Origin: an uncultured Dehalococcoidales bacterium
Lineage (GTDB): Bacteria > Chloroflexota > Dehalococcoidia > GIF9 > AB-539-J10
Length of the DNA: 42,225 nucleotides
Direction of reading: 5' to 3'
NCBI GenBank assembly: GCA_964552485.1
Contig: CAZKHH010000003.1
Location: 1 to 42,225, forward strand
In this document: piece after piece, positions 17,646 through 27,000 of the stretch
How the letters are laid out: each line of letters starts with the position of its first letter
Position numbering within the stretch: the first letter of the stretch is position 1
Translations under genes and position numbers: made by a program
Notes under the pieces: model-generated
Database searches by the model: none
Told to the model about the DNA's origin: nothing
The model's input: the letters and a program-made list of their open reading frames with translations, nothing else

Positions 17646-19004
17646 TCAATCGTACGAATAGTAATGGACTATCAGTCTCGGCAGATGGTCGGAATCCCAA
17701 CGGACGAGGTCATTCGTTCCGTCGCTGTCTGTATCAGCATCTCTGAACTGAAGCCTCAACTGCAACCGGTCTTCTCCCAGTCTATCTTCAAGAGCTTCCT
17801 TGTAGTCGGCGTCGGATCCAGCTTCCTCCAGTTGAGACGAATCACACCATCGGGAGATAGCGCCCAGAGGATTCCCCTCATAGTAGTCACTACCGTCCAG
17901 TGTGCCATAGTCATCGACATACGCCCGCAGGCAGCCGAGATCGTCAAACGGTGTACCGAATGTGCTGGCATGGTCGGAGAAGTCAACGATTACGCTCGTA
18001 ATCATCGCGTCTCCGGGGATATCAGAGATATCGAAACTGAGGAATGCCTGCACCCCAAGATCGTCGGCATTGTCACCGACGTACATGTACTCGAACCATC
18101 GCTGACCGTTGCTGCGAACGTAACCGCTCTCATTCAGGATGGGCTCCAGGGTCACGGTATAGCTGTCAGGCATTGCGAGATAGCTCTCCACCTCAACCTG
18201 TGCGGTGATCGTCTCCTCTCCATCAGTTGCAATCAAAGTGAACGTGTATGTCTGCTCTCCCGTTGGAGAGACATCCACACTCCCTGTCGGATCGACTACT
18301 CCGATAATCGGGTCAATCCTGACTTCCGTGGCGCCGGTCGTTTCCCAACTCAGCGTCGCTACCTCTCCCGAAGGTACGGCCCCGGGTTCGGCATCAAAGA
18401 ACACAATATCGAGCTCCGGCTGTTCGACCGTAACGGTAATCTTGCCCACCGCCACGGCGCCACCACCCTCAGCCCTGAGGGTGTATGTGGTGGTTTCCTC
18501 CGGGCTCACATCCACAGACGCGACGGCCTGAACGTCGCCGATACCTTGATCAAGGGAGATTTCAGCAGCATTCGAAACGTTCCAGGACAGGGTGGTCTCC
18601 TCGCCAGCCACGATGTTCATCTCGGAGGCGGTGAAAGAACTGATTCGTGCAGGTTGGACCGGTCCGGCCTCCACAGTGACCGTGCTTCTCACCTCTGCAG
18701 ACCACGTGCCATTGTTGTCCTGGACCATGAAGTAGATGACATGCGAACCCGGCGAAAGGTCAGCTGCCTCGAAGTCGGGCAATGTGCTCAACTGGCCATC
18801 GAGACTGGACCGCCAGCGGTAGGCAACAACATCGCCATCCATGTCAGTTCCATGGCCACGGAAACTGATTGTCTCACCTTCAGTAGCTTCCGTAGGAGAT
18901 ATATCATCGATGTATGCTTTTGGCGGCTGATTCGTCCTGAGCAACAGATAGTCACACCCCGGAAGAACAAGCAGCACAAGAACCAGCACAAGAACTACCT
19001 TCAT
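17646..19004 (-). CDS. Secreted lipoprotein with a PKD-like domain, two tandem Ig-like repeats and an unassigned C-terminal domain
   Basis: MKVVLVLVLVLLVLPGC lipobox. PKD-like segment ISFRGHGTDMDGDVVAYRWRSSLDG...VQDNNGTWS. Two repeats of about 77 aa (GEETTLSWNV... and GEVATLSWET...). About 180 aa at the C-terminus have no motif I recognise. Confidence 0.75.
   Translation of the reverse strand: MKVVLVLVLVLLVLPGCDYLLLRTNQPPKAYIDDISPTEATEGETISFRGHGTDMDGDVVAYRWRSSLDGQLSTLPDFEAADLSPGSHVIYFMVQDNNGTWSAEVRSTVTVEAGPVQPARISSFTASEMNIVAGEETTLSWNVSNAAEISLDQGIGDVQAVASVDVSPEETTTYTLRAEGGGAVAVGKITVTVEQPELDIVFFDAEPGAVPSGEVATLSWETTGATEVRIDPIIGVVDPTGSVDVSPTGEQTYTFTLIATDGEETITAQVEVESYLAMPDSYTVTLEPILNESGYVRSNGQRWFEYMYVGDNADDLGVQAFLSFDISDIPGDAMITSVIVDFSDHASTFGTPFDDLGCLRAYVDDYGTLDGSDYYEGNPLGAISRWCDSSQLEEAGSDADYKEALEDRLGEDRLQLRLQFRDADTDSDGTNDLVRWDSDHLPRLIVHYYSYD
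18186..18650 (-). repeat. Two tandem in-frame Ig-like coding repeats of about 77 aa (approximate bounds)
   Basis: ARISSFTASEMNIVAGEETTLSWNVSNAAEISLDQGIGDV..VDVSPEETTTYTLRAEG aligns with ELDIVFFDAEPGAVPSGEVATLSWETTGATEVRIDPIIGVV..VDVSPTGEQTYTFTLIA. Confidence 0.6.
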
Positions 19005-19038
19005 CCTCACCCCCGGTGCCATTCCTCTTTCATCTTCA

Positions 19039-19067
19039 ATAGTAGAATGCGTTGCGGCGGACTGCAA
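19039..19067 (-). promoter_or_regulatory. Putative sigma70-like promoter for the lipoprotein gene
   Basis: Minus strand TTGCAG (19067-19062), N17, TACTAT (19044-19039). Confidence 0.35.
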
Positions 19068-19093
19068 ATCCCGACTCACGACAAATAGCCCGA

Positions 19094-20212
19094 CTACGCA
19101 CTGCGTTTCTGTTGTCGCTCAAGCGCGACACAGTACAGTCCTTCTCCCGCGCGCACCGGCCCGAAGCACAGATTGCAGGAGATACAGGTCGCATCCCGCA
19201 CATCACCTTCACGCCATCGCTTGATAAGATGAGGCTCACGTATGAGAGGGCGGCAGAGCGCCACATAGTCGGCCAATCCTGTGCGCACCACCCTGTCGGC
19301 AATAGTCAGTGACCGTACGCCACCCACAAGAATCAGCGGCACGGTAACGCTGTCTTTGTACAGCTCCGCAGCCTGCTTGAAATAGATCTCCTGCTCCTTC
19401 GGCACCGTACCAACAGGACGAGAGCAGAAGTAACGAGGGTCGCTAAAATGTGTGCCACCGCTGATTTCGATGGCATCGATACCTTCGCGTTCGAGCATGA
19501 GACAGTACGGGACCATTTCTGCGAGCGGGAATCCACCCTCGAGGAAATCTTCCGAATTGATTTTGATAAGCAGCGGATAGTCCGGCCCGACTGCATCCCG
19601 CACGGCGCGGACTACCTCAAGCGGGAACCTTGCGCGGTTCTTTAGAGAGCCTCCATACTCATCGGTCCGCTTATTGAAATACGGAGAAACGAACTGAGAC
19701 AGCAGATATGAATGCGCACCGTGCAATTGCACACCGTCGAATCCTGCCTTCTTCGCACGCATGGCCGCGGCGGCGAAGCCGGTCGCTGTCTCCCGCATAT
19801 CGTCGCGAGTCATAGCACGGCAAGGGATGTCCGTCAGTTTCATGACCGAGGGTCCGAGAGCGTAATCGCCGCCCGTGGGCACATACGCGTTTGCACCGGC
19901 ATGGGCAAGCTGCGCCACAATGCAGCCGCCGTGCCTGTGAACTGACTCGGCCATCCGCGCGAGCCCCGGAATGCTCTTATCATCGTGTATTCCTGTCTGG
20001 CATGGACGTGATTTCCCCGGCATATTCACGTACATGTTGCCCGGAATGATGAGGGCAACTTCACCCTCGGCGAGTTCTTCCTGAAGACGCACAAGGCGGT
20101 CCGTTACCGTACCATCGTCAGGCTTCGCCGAGCCCTCGTTAGTCGCGGAGTGCACGAACCTGTTCCGCAATTCCATACCGTTCAAAACGGTGCGCTCGAA
20201 CAACTCTGCCAT
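19094..20212 (-). CDS. NADH:flavin oxidoreductase (Old Yellow Enzyme family)
   Basis: 372 aa. N-terminus LNGMELRNRFVHSAT, plus GFDGVQLHGAHSYLLSQFVSPYFNKRTDEYGGS, the OYE TIM-barrel signature. SD GGGAGG lies upstream. Confidence 0.85.
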   Translation of the reverse strand: MAELFERTVLNGMELRNRFVHSATNEGSAKPDDGTVTDRLVRLQEELAEGEVALIIPGNMYVNMPGKSRPCQTGIHDDKSIPGLARMAESVHRHGGCIVAQLAHAGANAYVPTGGDYALGPSVMKLTDIPCRAMTRDDMRETATGFAAAAMRAKKAGFDGVQLHGAHSYLLSQFVSPYFNKRTDEYGGSLKNRARFPLEVVRAVRDAVGPDYPLLIKINSEDFLEGGFPLAEMVPYCLMLEREGIDAIEISGGTHFSDPRYFCSRPVGTVPKEQEIYFKQAAELYKDSVTVPLILVGGVRSLTIADRVVRTGLADYVALCRPLIREPHLIKRWREGDVRDATCISCNLCFGPVRAGEGLYCVALERQQKRSA

Positions 20213-20297
20213 ATCTACATTCCTCCCTCATGATGCAATATACCCGACCGTTCTTTCCATTGCCATCATGGGCGCATCGACCCATACATGACTCAAG

Positions 20298-20326
20298 TTG
20301 CCGTGACCAATGGCCTGGGATAGAAT
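20298..20326 (+). promoter_or_regulatory. Putative sigma70-like promoter for the PKD-repeat protein gene
   Basis: TTGCCG (20298-20303), N17, TAGAAT (20321-20326). Confidence 0.4.
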
Positions 20327-21382
20327 TTGCCGGTGCGTCACCTCCCACACCGGCATGCACACAGAGGGGTCGTGAATCGAAAGAGCATTCTCTCACCAAG
20401 TGAGTTCATAGGCATCGGGCTCGGAGTGGCCATCTTCGCGTCATTCTTCTTCGTGCCCGTGATAGAGGCCGACCCACCAAACACGCCTCCTGACATCCAG
20501 GCCGTGCAGCTTAATGAATCAGTCATCTACCCGCGCGACGTGGCAAGCCTGGTGTGTGAGGCTACAGACAGCGATGGTGACGACCTCACCTACAGATGGT
20601 CGTCTACCGGCGGTGCCTTGCAAGCAACACACGCCCGTGCCCAATGGTCAGCCCCCACGCAACCCGGCGCTCATATGATTACCGTGGAGGTCACAGATAG
20701 TGCGGGCGATAGCAACTCTATGCTTGTCCCCGTCGAAGTTCGCCGAAACCATCCACCAGTCATTGAGGAGTTGTCGTGCCAGAACGACACGCTCCTGCCC
20801 CGGGAGACGGCTTCTCTGCTATGCACCGCTTCTGACGCCGATGATCAATCCCTCTCATACGAATGGTCGAGTGCACTTGGCACACTCGAACCGAATGGCG
20901 CCACTGCAACATGGACTGCCCCCATGGCGCCGGGCTCATACATCGTCTCTGTGCGTGTGAGCGATGGACATGGCGGTGAAACGACCAGGACCACCTTGAT
21001 GCATGTATACTTGCCGGAGGCACCGGTCATAGATGAATTGATAGTACGGCCACTGATGCCCGAGTATTCAATTCCCACCAGGGAAGGATACCGGCTGATT
21101 CGGGGCTCATTCTGCGAGTGTGACATCGAATGCATTGCACGCGCCGGAGGGCAAGAGCTGACATTCGACTGGTCAGCCAGCGCCGGCGAAATCCACGGCG
21201 ACGGCTCACGCGCCGCGTTTATTCCCCCGATGGACAGAACGGACGTTATCGTAACTGTCACAGTCAGCGACGCATTTGACCAGTCGGCCTCCGCCGAGGC
21301 TTACTTCAGTGTCTATTACCGGGAAGCCTTTGCGGACAACGATGATCGCGGAGTAGCATGCGGCAGTTGCAGAGGGCGGTGA
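20327..21382 (+). CDS. Membrane-anchored or secreted protein with three tandem PKD/Ig-like modules
   Basis: N-terminal hydrophobic segment FIGIGLGVAIFASFFFVPVI, then three modules. The start is uncertain: the track start (TTG 20327) directly abuts the putative -10, so GTG 20372 is more likely. Confidence 0.7.
   Translation: MPVRHLPHRHAHRGVVNRKSILSPSEFIGIGLGVAIFASFFFVPVIEADPPNTPPDIQAVQLNESVIYPRDVASLVCEATDSDGDDLTYRWSSTGGALQATHARAQWSAPTQPGAHMITVEVTDSAGDSNSMLVPVEVRRNHPPVIEELSCQNDTLLPRETASLLCTASDADDQSLSYEWSSALGTLEPNGATATWTAPMAPGSYIVSVRVSDGHGGETTRTTLMHVYLPEAPVIDELIVRPLMPEYSIPTREGYRLIRGSFCECDIECIARAGGQELTFDWSASAGEIHGDGSRAAFIPPMDRTDVIVTVTVSDAFDQSASAEAYFSVYYREAFADNDDRGVACGSCRGR
20486..21319 (+). repeat. 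Three tandem in-frame PKD-like coding modules of about 88-100 aa (approximate bounds)
   Basis: Modules 1 and 2 share ..ASL.C.A.D.D...L.Y.WSS..G.L......A.W.AP..PG...I.V.V.D..G. Module 3 (FDWSASAGEIHGDG...VTVTVSD) is more diverged. Confidence 0.6.
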
Positions 21383-21476
21383 CGGTAGTACGTATTGACG
21401 GTTCGACCGTTTTGGGGTAGCGTGACTGCAATAGAAGGACGGGACACTACTGAAGTGTCCTGGAAAGGGTGAGGAC

Positions 21477-21929
21477 ATGTTCAACAGGATTCTCGTTTGT
21501 CTCGATGGAACTCCTCTCGCCGAGCAGATGGTTACATACGCCGCGGAAGTGGCTCAGAAGTTTGATTCGACGGTCGTGCTGCTACAGGTGCTGCAGGTGC
21601 CGTCCTCGCTTGCGGCCGCGTCGGCTCAGGGGGCGGAGTCGGTCATCGAAGAGGAAATGAAACGACTTGCACACGAATCACGCACCTATCTGCAGGATCT
21701 AGCGGGCACGCTGAGCGAGCGAGGAATCAACGCTGAGACAGTTACGCTCGAGGGCATGGCTGGCGACGCGATAGTTGACTACGCCAGCCAGAACAGCATC
21801 GATCTCATCGCGATATCTACGCACGGCAGAAAGAACATCGGTCGTCTCGTGTTTGGAAGCGTGGCCGATCATGTACTCCGGCACACGAATATCCCCGTGC
21901 TGTCTGTCAAACCTGCCCATTCGGAGTGA
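21477..21929 (+). CDS. Universal stress protein (UspA family)
   Basis: MFNRILVCLDGTPLAEQ...DLIAISTHGRKNIGRLVFGSVADHVLRHTNIPVLSV. SD GGGTGAGGA lies upstream. Confidence 0.9.
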   Translation: MFNRILVCLDGTPLAEQMVTYAAEVAQKFDSTVVLLQVLQVPSSLAAASAQGAESVIEEEMKRLAHESRTYLQDLAGTLSERGINAETVTLEGMAGDAIVDYASQNSIDLIAISTHGRKNIGRLVFGSVADHVLRHTNIPVLSVKPAHSE

Positions 21930-21937
21930 AGAATCGC

Positions 21938-22228
21938 ATGGAGAAGAAGACTTATCCCGGCGACTGTGACCGGAAACCGGGAGAGAGTTTCGGCCAGATG
22001 GTAACCGCCTTTGGGCAGGCTATTGCCGAGATATTCAACGACCCGGAGTTGCAGGCCCGGGCGCGGGAATTCGGTGAGGCGACTACAGAATCTGCCCAGG
22101 CTCTCGGCCGCCGTTTCAAAGACGAAGAGGTCAGGGATAAGTTCAGACAGGCGGGCGAAGCTGCCGAGCAATTCGGACATAGCGTTGCCGACCAATTCAA
22201 GAACGAATCCCGCCAACCTCAAGAATAG
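21938..22228 (+). CDS. Small hydrophilic helical protein of unknown function (LEA/YtxH-like composition)
   Basis: 96 aa from ATG 21938 (the track ORF begins at GTG 21926 and overlaps the uspA stop). Rich in E, A, Q, F and G with repeated FG..A/E spacing. No family recognised. Confidence 0.5.
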   Translation: MEKKTYPGDCDRKPGESFGQMVTAFGQAIAEIFNDPELQARAREFGEATTESAQALGRRFKDEEVRDKFRQAGEAAEQFGHSVADQFKNESRQPQE

Positions 22229-22359
22229 GCTTGTGCCCCGTTGGGCGCCCCTGACCGGTGGTGGTCATACGGGTGCTCTCCGGCTGAACGTGGTCGACCA
22301 GTATAATGTTGGCTGTGAGACCCGGCACGCTCTGATGCTTCACATACATGGGAGGAGAG

Positions 22360-23541
22360 ATGTTCGCAAGTTTTCCATTCCGGACCGCAAAGAAGATACT
22401 GTTCGGCACAGGAATGGTCGAGCAGGTTGGTTCTGAACTCAAGTCCGCCGGAGCAACGAATGCGGTAGTCGTGACTGACCGCACCATACGAGAAGCCGGA
22501 TGGGCGGAACAGGTACAGTCCTCGCTTGAAAAGACCGGCATTCGTTCCGAAGTCTGGGACGGTTCAGAGGCCGAACCTTCCGTCGAGGTAGGCGAGCAGG
22601 CAATCGATTTCGCGCGCTCGGGTGGTTTTGACAGCGTGGTCGGGCTCGGAGGCGGAAGCTCCATGGATATCGCCAAGGCAGTAGCCGTGGCTCTGACGAA
22701 CGAAGGCTCCATCATGGGATGGATCAAAGACGGGTTCACGAACGCGCTCGCGCCGCTTGTGCTCTGCCCCACGACGGCCGGCACCGGCAGCGAGGTATCT
22801 GATACGGCTGTCTTCGCGACGCCAGAGCTGAAAGCCGGACTGGTCAGTTCCATGCTGTATCCAGACGTCGCCATCGTCGACCCGGGACTCACCGTATCAA
22901 TGCCGGGACCGGTCACCGCGAACACGGGGATCGATGCGCTCTGCCACGCGATTGAGGGATACCAGTCAGTGCAGGCGAGTCTTCTCACGGATGCGCTTGC
23001 CGTCGAGTCCATGCGCCTCACCAACACCTATCTGCGAGTAGCGTACTGCAATGGAAGGGACATAGAGGCACGGGAGGGAATGGCACTCGCGTCACTCCTT
23101 GCCGGCATCGTGATGGGAAACGCAGACACCACCATCGGCCATGCATGCGGCTATGCATACGTCTATCCGGCCACGAAGCTGCACTATCCGCATGGCTATG
23201 CGATTGCGGTCACGTTGCCCTATGTCATGGAGTACAACGCAATCGCCCAGATGGAGAAGCACGCCAACATCGCACGTGTGTTGGGCGAGGATATCGAGGG
23301 GCTGTCCCTGAGGGATGCAGCGTTTCTGGCTCCGCTCGCATTCAAGAAGCTGATGGTCGACCTCGGGCTTCCTACATCGCTAAAGGCGATGGATGTCGAG
23401 AAGGATATGCTGCCGATGATTGCACGCAATGTTCTCAAGAGTCCAAACCACTGCCGCAGGAATCCACGCGAGGTAACGGAAGAGGGAATGATAGACCTGT
23501 TTGAGCATGCCTATGAGGGCAAGCTAGCCTGCGAAGAGTAG
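22360..23541 (+). CDS. Iron-containing (group III) alcohol dehydrogenase
   Basis: Motifs GLGGGSSMDIAKA and ICHAIEGY, with family-typical length. ATG 22360 follows GGAGGAG; ATG 22348 is an alternative start. Confidence 0.9.
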   Translation: MFASFPFRTAKKILFGTGMVEQVGSELKSAGATNAVVVTDRTIREAGWAEQVQSSLEKTGIRSEVWDGSEAEPSVEVGEQAIDFARSGGFDSVVGLGGGSSMDIAKAVAVALTNEGSIMGWIKDGFTNALAPLVLCPTTAGTGSEVSDTAVFATPELKAGLVSSMLYPDVAIVDPGLTVSMPGPVTANTGIDALCHAIEGYQSVQASLLTDALAVESMRLTNTYLRVAYCNGRDIEAREGMALASLLAGIVMGNADTTIGHACGYAYVYPATKLHYPHGYAIAVTLPYVMEYNAIAQMEKHANIARVLGEDIEGLSLRDAAFLAPLAFKKLMVDLGLPTSLKAMDVEKDMLPMIARNVLKSPNHCRRNPREVTEEGMIDLFEHAYEGKLACEE

Positions 23542-23557
23542 CGATCGGGCACTTCCA

Positions 23558-23597
23558 GGGGGGCGCCGGGCGCGATCCGCGCGTCCCCCTTTTTCTT
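23558..23597 (+). terminator. Rho-independent terminator of the alcohol dehydrogenase gene
   Basis: GGGGGGCGC (23558-23566) pairs with GCGTCCCCC (23581-23589), including one G-U pair. The hairpin is followed by TTTTTCTT. It sits in the convergent gap with the MazG-like gene. Confidence 0.6.
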
Positions 23598-23989
23598 CAC
23601 TTCTCCGTGTCCAATTCCGTGTACTTGCGATACTCACCCTTCACCAGATGCACGGGATACTTCCGGCGGTTCACCTCAAGCTTCTTGCTCATCGTGTCTG
23701 CCATGTCGAGGCCGACAACCGAGGCAAGATTCAGGCATAGAATCATTATGTCAGACAACTCCTCGCCGAGGCGCCTGCGTTTGTCGGGGTTGTCCAGAAG
23801 TGCGGGAATCTCTTTTTCGCGCACCCACTCAAAGAGCTCAAGAAGCTCTCCGGCCTCTACGTTGATGGCGAGGGCAATATCTTTCGAGTTGTGGTACTTG
23901 CCCCATTCTCGTTCGTTGACGAATGCCTGGATGAGGTCCTTCAGTTCCGCTATCGTAGTCGTGTTATCGGAGAGCTGTGTATTGGACAT
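23597..23989 (-). CDS. MazG-type nucleoside triphosphate pyrophosphohydrolase (small all-alpha type)
   Basis: MSNTQLSDNTTTIAELKDLIQAFVNEREWGKYHNSKDIALAINVEAGELLELFEW...ELSDIMILCLNLA contains the EExxE...D metal motifs. ATG 23989 has AAGGAGG 8 nt upstream. It lies 65 nt downstream of the dnaE2 stop on the same strand. Confidence 0.8.
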   Translation of the reverse strand: MSNTQLSDNTTTIAELKDLIQAFVNEREWGKYHNSKDIALAINVEAGELLELFEWVREKEIPALLDNPDKRRRLGEELSDIMILCLNLASVVGLDMADTMSKKLEVNRRKYPVHLVKGEYRKYTELDTEK

Positions 23990-24054
23990 CAGCAGGTCCT
24001 CCTTGCGTTTCTTCCCGGGCGAGGATATCAGGCTAGTTACACTGGAACAGCATG

Positions 24055-27000
24055 TCAACGGGCAGAGGTTGGAGCTCGCACACGGCGCGCGCGGGGTCCG
24101 GGAGAACTATCTCCGTCCGCTCGAACGGGCGAAATGATTTCAGCACGAACGTTGATTGTCCCATTCTTCTTTTGCAACGTGCCCTCTATCAAAAGAACCG
24201 GATTGAAGATACACACCTGCCTGAACCGTTCATATACATCAGGACGGATGACAACATTTATCGCTCCATACTCGTCCTCCATGGTTATGAATGCAAACCC
24301 CTTTGCGGTTGGCGGGCGCTGCTTCATGATGACATACCCTGCGATACCGACATGCACTCCGTCTTCCAGTTTCTCAAGATCTGTGCTATTCACAACTTTA
24401 TTACCCATCAGTCGTTCTCTCAGTACACGCATCGGATGATGGATGGTCGACATCTCCTGAACACTATAGTCGCAGCGCATCTCCTCCAGATCGCTCATCG
24501 CCGGCAGCGAGACATCGCTGGCGCATGAATCGAAAGGCAGTTCACCGGGCGAGCACTTTTCAAGCATGCCGAGTCGCCATACGAGGTTGCGTCGCGACTG
24601 ACCCCAGCCATCGAATGCCCCTGCCAGTATGAGGTTCTCCACGACAGCGTTTCCCAATCCAGTCCTGAAATAGAAATCGTCCAGAGAGCGGAATGCTCCC
24701 ATTTTCCGTTCTTCCGCGAGCATTGTGCGGGCCTTCACTCCCAACTCTTTCACGTACGCGAAACCTAATCGCACATTGCCATCTTCCACGCAGCAGACTG
24801 AATCGCTCTTATTTACATCCACGGACAGCACCCTAATGCCGTGCCGCTGGGCGTCATGGACAACCACTTCAGGGCGGTAGAACCCCATCGGCTGGTTGTT
24901 CAACAATGCGCAATAGAACTCGACAGGATAATGCCGCTTGAGCCAGGCCGATTGATAGCAGATGAGTGCGAAGCCTGCAGCGTGGCTCTTGCAAAAACCA
25001 TACTGTGCAAATCCTTCCAGGGACGCGAACACGCGTTCAGCGCTTTCAGCGTCGACGTCGTTGGCCATCGCGCCCTGTAGAAACCGGCCTTTCAATTTCA
25101 TCACAGCCTCATGCGAACGTTTGCGACTCATCGCACGTCTCAACTGGTCCGCCTCGCCTGCCGTGAAGTCTGCGATTGCGATGGCCGACTGGATAACCTG
25201 CTCTTGAAAGAGAATGACACCGAGGGTCTCCGAAAGTATCGGCTCCAGTTTCGGATGCAGGCAGGTGACCTTCTCCAGACCGTTCCGCCTCTGTATGTAC
25301 GGATGCACCATATTCCCCTGTATCGGTCCGGGTCGCACGATTGAGACTTCGATGGTCAGGTCTTCGATAGACCGAGGACGTGTACGCGGCAGCGTCTGCA
25401 TCTGCGCCCTGCTCTCAATCTGAAAGACACCGATAGTATCGCAGCGACATATCATGTCGTACACGGAGGCATCATCCTGCGGCAGGTTGTCAAGGTCGAG
25501 TGTCACCCCGTGATTCTTCTCAATGAGGATGCGCGCCTCATCCAGGAGGGAAAGCATCCTGAGGCCAAGAAGGTCTATCTTGATGAGTCCGGCATCGGCA
25601 ACGCTGTCCTTATCCCACTGGCAGACGATGCGGCCAGGCATAGTCGCACGCTCGAGCGGCACCATATCGCTCAGGGGACACGAAGAAATCAGCATGCCGC
25701 CGTTATGGATGGACACGTGCCGTGGAAAGTCCTCGAGTCGACTGCAGATAGAGAGGAATTCCTGGAACGGAAACCTGTCGAAATACGTATCGAATTCATC
25801 GATACTGGAAAGCTCCCCGTGGACGTTGCGCGGGCCATAGCCGTACCACGAAATCGAGCGTGCCAGGCGATCGATAACATGAGGTGGTATCCCAAGGACC
25901 TTGCCGACCTCCCGCAGTGCATTGCGCGCTTGAAACGTGACGAACGTGCATACCATGGCGGCGCGCTCTTTGCCATACGTCCTGTACACATACTGGATGA
26001 GATCTTCACGGTGAGCGGTCGACACATCGATATCGATATCGGGCACGGAAGACATCTCTTCATTCAGGAACCTGCCGAGGAACAGCCTGTTCTTTATGGG
26101 GTCGACCTTCGTTATGCCGAGGAGATACGCGACTATCGAATTCGCTGCAGAGCCACGCCCTTGTGCCGGAATGTCATGCTGCCGGGCGTATTCCATGATG
26201 TCCCAGACGATAAGGAAATAGCCGGAGAGGTCGAGCCTGTGAATAAGGTCCAGTTCCTGTTCCACCCGCGCCAGGGCTTCCGGGGTCGGTTCACGGTATC
26301 GCTCCACTATATTCTTCCTGCACAAGTCCTCAAGATAGCTTCGCGCTGTCTCTCCTTCAGGAAGGGAAAAGTCAGGAAACCGGTAGCAGGAGAATTCCAT
26401 GGACACGTTGCAGCGCCCTGCAAGCTCGACGGTGGCACGCACCGCCTCGGGATAGCTGCTAAAGAGCGTCACCATGTCCCGGTGTGATTTCAGGTAGAAC
26501 TCTCCGTTGAGTTTGAGGTCGGGACATTCTTCCAGCGTCGTCCGGGTCCTGATGCAGGTCAGGACATCGTGAAGCCTGTGGTCTTCCTTTCTCGCATAGT
26601 GGACGTTATTGGTTGCCACATAGCCCACACCGCATTCACGCGCCACCTCGACAAGCGCATCACACAGCCACATATCATCCGGATAGAGCGTGTTCTGAAG
26701 TTCGATAAAAAAATTGTCCCGACCGAATACCTCCACGTAACGGGGTACAGCTTCTCGCGCTCTGTCACTCAGCCCACCCCTGAGCAGCCGCGAGAGTTCA
26801 CCCTCCCGACAGCCCGAGAGACAGGCAAGCCCTGCAGCATGATCGGCAAGTGTCCTCCACGAAACCACAGCATTGCCTTTTGAACCGGAAAGCTGTGCCG
26901 CCGTGATGATACGGCTCAGGCCGGCATATCCACGGTTATCAAGGGCAAGGAGCGTGATATGGTAACCATCCTCAATGGTTAACTCGGCGCCGATAATCGG

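Noticed and set aside
17595-19088. 497-aa plus-strand ORF, the longest ORF without a feature call
   Set aside because: It is entirely antisense to the Ig-repeat lipoprotein gene. The translation is Arg/Ser/Cys/His-rich with no domain pattern and there is no SD. It is a typical shadow ORF of a GC-rich gene.
21398-21413. ACGGTTCGACCGT followed by TTTT, reminiscent of a tRNA T-arm (GGTTCGA)
   Set aside because: The loop is only 3 nt, and no acceptor, D or anticodon arms can be built around it. At most it is a weak 5-bp terminator after the PKD-repeat gene. No tRNA gene was found anywhere in the window.
25510-26487. 325-aa plus-strand ORF inside dnaE2, plus similar antisense ORFs at 4946-5875, 6982-7773, 8378-9184, 22197-23027, 27434-28496, 28576-29277 and 31210-32479
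   Set aside because: All lie opposite well-supported genes, have low-complexity Arg/Pro/Ser-rich translations, and lack SD sequences and recognisable motifs.
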